NCBI GenBank assembly: GCA_017610205.1
Contig: JAFCCL010000001.1
Location: 1-26,778 of the forward strand
Direction: 5' to 3'
DNA length: 26,778 bases
From: Candidatus Iainarchaeum sp.
GTDB taxonomy: Archaea; Iainarchaeota; Iainarchaeia; Iainarchaeales; GCA-2688035
The translations under genes and the position numbers were made by a program. This document shows positions 1 to 9,000 of this stretch, piece by piece (within the stretch, counting starts at the first letter, position 1; each line of letters begins with the position of its first letter). A model generated the notes under the pieces. The model saw only the letters and a list, made by a program, of their open reading frames with translations. It ran no database searches and had not been told where the DNA came from.

Positions 1-3000
1 TTGGCTGCTTCCATTGCTCGGAGAGCTAATGCTTGCAATTGGGCCTGTTTTGTCTATTGCTAAATAAATCAAATGCGCATTCTCATTGTGGTCCATTGTG
101 TCGTCTGACCAGTACCAGATTGAGTGGTTTCCGTCTGTGTTGAGTACAATGCCAATATTCACGTCTTCTTTGTTCCAGGAAAGCTGGGCGTTTGCGTCAT
201 TCACGCTGTAGTAAAAGTTTTTGCAGCCGCTTCCTTCCTCGTCAGTGCAGGAGAATTGTATGTTTGCATCTACCTTCTGCCAAACATTGTTGCCGTCCAC
301 GTTGTCAATTGTCACAGGAGCATTGTTGTCTATGCCAAGAGCATTTAACGTGGTATTAAAGTCGGCGTTTCCAACGGAATCAATTGCTGTTACCCCTACA
401 TAATAGTTGCCGTCTGACACATTCATTATGTTCCAGTCCTGCGAACACTTGCGCATATTAATTAAGCCATAATTATAATCCATTGAAATTTCGGCAGCGG
501 TTAGTGCCCTGTTATAAACCTTTACTTCTTCGATGAGGCCGTCGAACATCGTGATAGAATCAGCATCCCTTCTTCCTATTTGAACTGCGGCATTACTTTG
601 CCCGTTGAGGTCAGTTGAGGTATAAGTTGATTGTTTATCTTGTGCTCCATTTAAGTAGAGGGTTGCTGTTGTTGAATTAACAGTAACAGCGCCGTAATAC
701 CATTGGTTAGAGGAAAGAGTGGTGTTTCCGGTTAAACTACGGCCGTCAGGGGTAAATCTGTAAGCTTTAAGTGTGGAATTTCGTATATACAATATAAAAG
801 TGCCATCATTGCCTGAATTATACTTAGAGATAATTGTTTGTGGGACTGAAACGTTTTTGGTATTAAACCAAGCTGAAATGGTATATGCGTTGGTTCTTGC
901 AACGTTGAAGTCTTGGTCTGTTCCGCTTGCATCAACCATTATGTAGTCATTCACTCCATCCAAGTACAGCGCATTAGTATCCCATTTCCCTGCCGCATTA
1001 TTATCTGCTCCTCCTATGTTTTGCCCGTGGTTTCCTCTCCAGCTGCTGTCCACTGCCTGGATGCTGTTTCCGTCGTTTCCGTTGAATTGCCAGTATCCAA
1101 CCAGATTTACATCATACTCATTGTCTGAGTTTAGGTCTAGTGGCGCTGTTATGCAGTGGTTTCCATCCAGGTTAAGGCCTGATTTGATTTTTGTGCTTTG
1201 CCCATAGTCCATCGAAGTAGAATACCATACCTCAGCCGTTTTTGGGTCAAAGTTGTCCCAATCCGAGACATTGAAGTCTATTGTCAGGTTTCCGTCTACG
1301 GGGTGAGAGAAAAACGGAAATTCACCTTGTGCGTCGTATCCATCCACTGCGGAAACATTGGCGTCAGGAACTCTGTTGTACTCAACGCCCACATCATTCA
1401 GGTAGGCATACCCTATTGGATAGTTTGCGTCTGTGTGCACAAAGTTTCCTTTGTACTGCACGTACTGCATTGGGTTGCCTTTCAGGTACTGACCCATTAT
1501 TTCGCCGGCGGAAAGGGCGCGGTTGTAGACTTTGACGGAGTCGATTAGGCCGGAGAAAAAATTTAAATTTTGTCCTTGTCTTCTACCCAAATCTAACGAA
1601 GACAAGTCAAGAGTACCGATAGAGCTATTTGAACCAACAAGAGTTCCATTAAAATATAAATCAGCCCTAATTCCGTCCGTTACAATACAAACTACATGAG
1701 CCCACTCTCCTATTGCTGCAGGTGCTGTTGTAGGATTTATATCGTAACCTGCATCACCACTATATAAATTATATCTATTATTATATATTATCAAATTTGA
1801 TCTACTATTTGTTGCACTCCAAATCCGTTGACTGTTTGTGAGAATATTTGGTTTCACCCAGACAGAAATGGTAAAATTGGATGTCATATAAGGGAGACTA
1901 ACATATCCATCCACCCCATCGAAGTACCCTGCCCTTGTTTTGTCTTTTCCTGTTCCGTTTATGTCTGCTCCGCCTGTTAGCGTTCCGTCGTTTCCGTACC
2001 CTGATGCGTCGTATAGCGTGCTTCCGTCTTTGTCGTTGAAGTTTATGTCGAGTACAAGCCCAACATTTGAGTCCAGCGAGTGATAGCGGTTGCCTACATC
2101 AAATTCTGCCCAGTTGCCGTCGTTGAGGCCTGAGCAGGATTGGTCGTTGCAAGTTCTGACTGAGAGGTTTAGGTCGTTTAGGCCGGCGGAGTACAAGGTG
2201 CGGACTTCGTCGGGGGTTAATGCTTTATTGTAGATGCGGAGTTCGTCTATGAGACCGGAGAAGTAAGTTGTGTCGGATATTTTTCCGATTTGAACAGTGT
2301 TTCCGTTAATATAAACCGGGAATTGGGAAGGGCTTGATTCTATTCCGTTAATATACCTTTTTTCTGCTGCCAGCCTTACGCCTGTGTTCCCCCCTGCGCT
2401 TGTGGTTCCGCCGTCGGCAGCATTTACATCCCCATCTGTTATATCGTATCTAACAACTGTCTGGCTATCGAACGAGCCGCTTGTTCCTGCTTCATCCAAT
2501 TTCCAGTACACACCTGTAATAGCACCATCCTCTGCCATTATCGCTGCACGTATATCGTCTGGGTCGTAACCGGCTCCATTGATTGCAGAAGATAGGCTTT
2601 CTGCAAAGGCTTGGTCTACTGTACCTACGGCTGATAAATCGAGGACTGCAAAGAAGCCGAATTTGGCGGTAGTTTTGCCACCAGAAGTAGTATGAGCCCC
2701 TGCTCCTAATCTAATTAAAGTAGGTTGAACTAAAGCAAGACTATCAAACCAATCATTACCTATTAATACTCCATCAACAAGATACCATCCTACATTATTA
2801 AAAACAAAAGCTGTATTATGAATTTGATTTTCATTGAATGTGAAACTACTATAAAACCAATCAGTTCCAGTCCAAACTGTCTTATAAAGATTCGGGGAAT
2901 TTTCGCGTATGAAGTTTAGGCCCTTGTCGCTTGTTGTTTCTGCACTAAATAATCTTTCATAATTGCTCGTATCCGAATCTGCATTAACAACCTGAACAAT

Positions 3001-6000
3001 CGCAAGCTTGCCGTCCCGCAAGTCATTTAGGTAATTCGTTGGGGTTGTCAAGTCAATGTAACCATCTGTTCCGTCTGTGTGAATGCCGGGAACCTCTCCA
3101 ACCCAAACATCGTGAGTCCAGGAAGAGGCTGTTGAATCCTTGTGCCATAAAGAGGTTGTATTTTTATCCTGTATTATTGTAACCTCAACATATTCATCAA
3201 TTCCATTCAAGGCCAGTGCATTTGTATCATCCCATCCTAATCCGTTGTTGTCTGCTCCGTTTATCATTAATCCGTTTAGTTCTGCGTTGTTGTCGCATCT
3301 TGCAAGGTTTCCTGTTGCGTTGTTGTCATTAAAACGATACCAGGCTATGAGGTTTTGGTCCATTGTGTCAAGTTCTGTTAGTTGTTTTGAGCCGAATAGT
3401 GCGCTCCATATGAGTCCTAGGATTGTTGCCGGGTGGTACATGTCAATTATTTTACTATAGTATGTTGCGTTTGTCCATCCGCCGTTGTAGTCTGCCCTGA
3501 TTTCGGATGCCGAGAGTACAACATCATAAATTTTTAGTTCTTCGATTAGGCCGTCAAAGGCTCTGTCGCCTGTTGACCTGTTTCCGATGAACACGTTTGT
3601 TGTTCCTGCTGTTGGTGTGCCTGAATCTTGATTTGCAGTTCCATTCAAAATTCCATTTATATAGAAGTTAGCAATTCCGCCAGAGTTTCTTTTTACACAA
3701 ACGTGTTGCCAAACATCAAAATTAATTGCACTTGCGGAAGTTAAAACAAATGTAGAACCATCAGAAGTAAACTGTACTGTATTATTATTACTTATTAAGA
3801 ACTTAAAATTTCCATTATCAACTATTCTTCCATTACCTCCACCACCTAAACCATAAGGATAAATCCAAGCACATATCGTGGTTGTGCTTGTTCCAATGAA
3901 GTCGCTTTGTGTTGTAATTGCATCATCAACTCCGTCAAAGTACCCTGCGTTCGTGTCCCATAGTCCCCATGCGTTGATGTCTGCTCCGTTTACTAGCAGT
4001 CCGTTGTGGTCTCCGCCTGCAATGTCTTTTATTCCTGTTGCGCTGGAGTTTGTGTCGTTAAAGTTATAGTATGCCACCAGGCCTTCTCCTTTTTTGTTGC
4101 GGTTGTACTCGTTTGCGATTTCGGTTGCGCTTAGGGCGCGGTTGAAGATTTTGACGGAGGATATTTGGCCGTTGAATTGGGTGAACATTCCAGCATCTAG
4201 ACTGCCAATATAAAGGAGCTGTCCTGTATAAGCGAGTTCGGTTTCGAGTGTGAATTCTTCGGTTATGCCGTTAACTGTAATGGATACAAATTCGCCTTTT
4301 CTGTATTTTGCTACCACGTGATTCCATTGGTTAAGGGACACTTTTTCTGTAGAGATATAATCGGTATATGCTGCTCCATCACTAAGACAAATGACAATTC
4401 TTTCATTACTCGATATCATAAATTCATAATTTCTGTTTACGGTGGGGCCGTTGAAACCCAAAATGTCCTGATTTTTGCTTTCAGTTGGCTTGACCCATGC
4501 CATTAAGGTAAACTCATTCTCAACATTCAGACTTGTATTATCTACAACCTTAACATAGTCATCCACTCCATCAAAGAACCCTGCATTCGTGTCAAAAAAC
4601 CAGCTTCCGTTTGAGTCTGCTCCGTTTTTCCAGGTTCCGTTGTTGTTGTTGCCTGATGAGTCTAGTGCTACTGTTGCGTTGTTTGTGTCTAGTTTCCAGT
4701 ATCCTACGAGTCCGCTGTTTGGGTAGTATTTTGTTGGGGGTGTTAGTTCGCCGCTTGCCATGATGTTTTCGTCGGTGAGTTGTTTGGTGTAGTTGAAGTC
4801 TATTCCTTGGCCTTCCTGTGGTGGTTCTGTTGTGGTGTTGTCTATTACTGCGAGGTTTGTGGTTGCTTTAAAGTTTGCGTCTGTGCTGCTGTCTCTCAAT
4901 TCAATCAGAATGTAGTATTGTCCTTTGTTTGTGTTCATAATGTTCCAGTCCCAGCTGCATTTTGAGACGTTGTTGTCCCATTTTTGTGATGGGCAGACGC
5001 CTGTTGTCAGGTTTAAGTCCTCTACTATTACATTTCCGGTTCCTTGGGTTCTGCTGGTTGAGTAGTTTATGTCTACTGTCATTCTTTCGTTTTGAGGGTT
5101 TTGGACGTTGAAGTCTATTGCCAGATTGTGGTCAGTACTGTATCTGAATTGCGGCAGGGGTTCACTTACCGGGTTGCCGGCAATCTTTGTAATATTCAAA
5201 TCTGGCAGGGTCTGGTTTACCCTCATGTTCTGTGTTGTGGTATTAAAGTCTGCGTTTCCAACGGAATCAATGGCTGTTACCCCTACATAGTAATTGCCGT
5301 CGGAGACGTTCATTATGTTCCAGTCGTGCGAACACTTGCGCATATTAACCAAGCCATAGCTGTAATCCATTGAAATTTCTTCTGCGGAAAGGGCGCGATT
5401 GTAGATTTTTAGGGATTCGATGAGGCCGTCGAAGGGGTCAACCCCTAAATCTGGAGAATAGCTACCAATTGCTAGACTTGTTGTTGGGTCTATTGCTCCT
5501 GTAACAGTCAAATTTACAGATTTGTCTTCTGAACCATCCAAATATATTTTTGCTTTTGAGTTGCTCGTATCTCGGATAAAGCATATGTGATACCACTGGT
5601 TAGCAATTAATGAAGTTACCCCTGCAGTGGCTTGAAAATTCGTGCCATCTCCTAAGTCAATACGAATCGTATTGGTTGAAGTCTCGAAGTATATTTCATA
5701 ACTTTCTCTTGTAGCTGTAGCCCCTGACCTATGGCTTACAATCCTTGTTTTTACTGACGTGGAAGCTCTTTTTATCCATGTGCAGATTGTGAAATCGCCA
5801 GAGAGAACCAAATCGCTATTATCCGCCACATCAACATAGTCATCAACTCCATCAAAAAACCCTGCATTCGTGTCCCATTTCCCTTGTGCATTATTGTCTG
5901 CTCCGTTGATGTATTGCCCGTGGTTGTGCCTCCAGCTACTGTCCCATGCCCTTATGTTGTTTGTATCTGCTCCGTTGAATTGCCAGTATCCTACCAGATT

Positions 6001-9000
6001 AACGTCGTATTCGTTGTCTGAGTTTAGGTCTAGTGGGGCTGTTATGCAGTGGTTTCCGTCCAGGTTAAGGCCTGATTTGATTTTTGTGCTTTGCCCATAG
6101 TCCTTTGAAGTAGAATACCATACCTCAGCCGTTTTTGGGTCAAAGTTGTCCCAATCCGAGACATTGAAGTCTATTGTCAGGTTGTTGTCTACTGGGTACG
6201 AGAAGAACGGGAATACTCCCCCTGCATCGTAGCCGTCTACCGCAGAAACGTTTGCATCGGGTACTCTGTTGTACTCTATGCCAACGTCGTTCAGGTAAGC
6301 GTATCCTATTGGGTAATTGCTATCAGTGTGCATAAATTCTCCTTTGTATTGCACATACTTCATTGGGCTGCCCTTCAAGTATTGTCCCATGATTTCGCCG
6401 GCGGAAAGGGAGCGGTTGTAGATTTTTACGTTGTCTATTTGGCCGGGGAATAAGCTATCTGCAGGGAATAAAGCACCTATAAGATTATCGCCACTTTTGG
6501 AAGTGATAGGACCGCTTGCAGTGCTATCTTCCGCTACATTTACACCATCTACATATAATATTGCTGTAGAGCCATTGTATGTTCCAACAGCAAAATACCA
6601 AACTCCTGCAGATACTGGAGAAGAAACTACACCAAAACTATTATCTCCTCCACTTGTTTTTCCATTCCAATAAACCGAAGTCGTTAATGTACTTAATCTA
6701 TATCCGTCTTGTCCATGACCTCCACGAGATACAATTCCCCTACCTGATACTATTGTATTATATTTAATCCAAGCTGAAACAGTTATTTCGTTAGGGGCAT
6801 CTAATACATCTCCAACATTAACATACCCGCCCACTCCATCAAAGAACCCTGCCCTTGTTTTGTCTTTTCCTAATCCGTTTATGTCTGCTCCGCCTATTAA
6901 TAGCCCGTTGTTTCCTTGCCCGCTTGCGTCGAGTACGCCTGAGCCGTCCCCATTCGTATCATTAAAGTTTATGTCAAGTACAAGCCCAACATTTGCGTCA
7001 AGCGAGTGATAGCGGTTGCCTACATCAAATTCTGCCCAGTTGCCGTCGTTTAAGCCGCTACAGCTTGGGTCGTTGCAGATTCTGACAGAGAGGTTTAGGT
7101 CGTTTACGCCGGCAGAGTAGATTGTGCGAACTTCGTCGGCATCCAAAGCTCTGTCGTAGATGCGGACTTCGTCTATGAGGCCGTTGAATGAATAGGTATT
7201 CGGAGAGGACTCGCCTGACCCAAAACCGCATCCAATACCCAAAGGTCCGGCTGTGCCTAATAAGGGGTTTAAGCCCAGGCTTCCAGTGTCGCTTAGTGTG
7301 CCATCAAGATAAGTGTTGACAGTATCGTTTGAGTAGGTGACAACAACATGATGCCAAGCATTAGTGCTAATAATGTGTTGGTCATCAGTAAACGTTTGCC
7401 AGGTTCCGCCAGAATCCTTGCCCCTAAATTCCATATAACCAGAATTAGTAATATTAAACCAATATTGTACTTCTTCTGGACTATGGGTTCTGTCTGCTTT
7501 TTCTACAATTGTACTCCAATCACTCCCAATGATACCTATCCAACTATTTCCTTTAACCCAGGCACTGATTGTTAGATTATTTGTAATATTCAAATCTTCG
7601 GAATGTGGAACTTCAACATAATTATTAACTCCATCAAAGTACCCTGCATTTGTATCATCCCATCCTAACCCATTTATGTCTGCTCCGCTTGTTAGCGTTC
7701 CGTCGTTGCCGCTTGATGAGCTGTCGTATACTGTTGTTCCGCTTTTTGTGTTGAATCTGTGCCACATTACGAGGTTTTGGTCCATTGTGTCAAGTTCTGT
7801 TAGTTGTTTTGAGCCAAACAGCGCGTCCCATTTGATTCCTTGTATTGTTGCGGTGTGGTTCATGTCTTTGACTTCGCTGTAATAAGTTGCGTTGTTCCAG
7901 GCGTTGTAGTCGCGTTGGATTTCGGAGGCGGTTAGGGCTCGGTCGTAGATTTTTAGTTCTTCGATGTAGCCAGTGAAATCTCTTTCGCCGCCATATGGCG
8001 TTCCGACAATTGCAAAGCTTGATGCTGCATTCATGTCTCCAGTAAAAATCGAGTCAGTGCCTTTCAAGACACCGTTTACATAAAGTTTGCAGTTTGATTC
8101 AACTTCCCACGTAGCGATTACATGTGTCCATTTATTTGGTTCAATTCCATTTGGAAGTGTTATGTAACAATTGTTTCCTCCTGAATCTGCCGCTTCATCG
8201 ATTTTAAGAACAAGGGCATTGCTTGTCGTGTGTTGAATGCAAAAACCTGATTCATGAAATACTTCATTGCTAACAAGCTTTGCCCAGTCCCCCGGGCTTC
8301 CGTCACTGTAAAACCAGAGTGACACTGTTCCTTGCTTTGCTTTCTCGCTTAAATTAAAGTCGTCTATTATAACTTGGTCATTCACTCCATCAAAGAACCC
8401 TGCATTCGTGTCCCATAGCCCCCATGCATTGATGTCTGCTCCGCCCATTAGGATTCCGTTTGTGTCGTCAGGATTTTGCCCCACTTGATTCAATATTGCC
8501 GAGCCGTCTGAGTTGGTGTCGTTGAAGTTATAGTATAAAAAGAGCCCGTTTCCGTCGAGGTTGCGGTTGTACTCGTTTGCAATTTCGGTTGCATTCAAAG
8601 CGCGGTTGAAGATTTTGACGGAGGCGAGCTGGCCGGAGAAAAGTTGATCTCCTAATTGATCAGCACCAATAGTCAAAGCAGTACTCATATCAAAATCCCA
8701 ATTACTTATTATTTTTGTATCTGGCTCTGCAATTCCATTAACATATAATGTCATAAATCCACTTGCATCCAAAGTCCCTGTAAGCATTTCCCAATCACCT
8801 GAAGGAGAAGCAGCACTCTCACAAGTTAGGCAAACAGAAGAATTACAAACTATAAATTGCCATTTATTTGAATTAGCCTGCTTTATTATAAAACCGTTAC
8901 TCCCTCTCCTACGAAAAACAGTATGGCTAGCACTGTCTATGATATTTGATTTTGCCCAAGCATTAACTGTTAATTCATTTATAGAGTCAAAAGAAGCATC

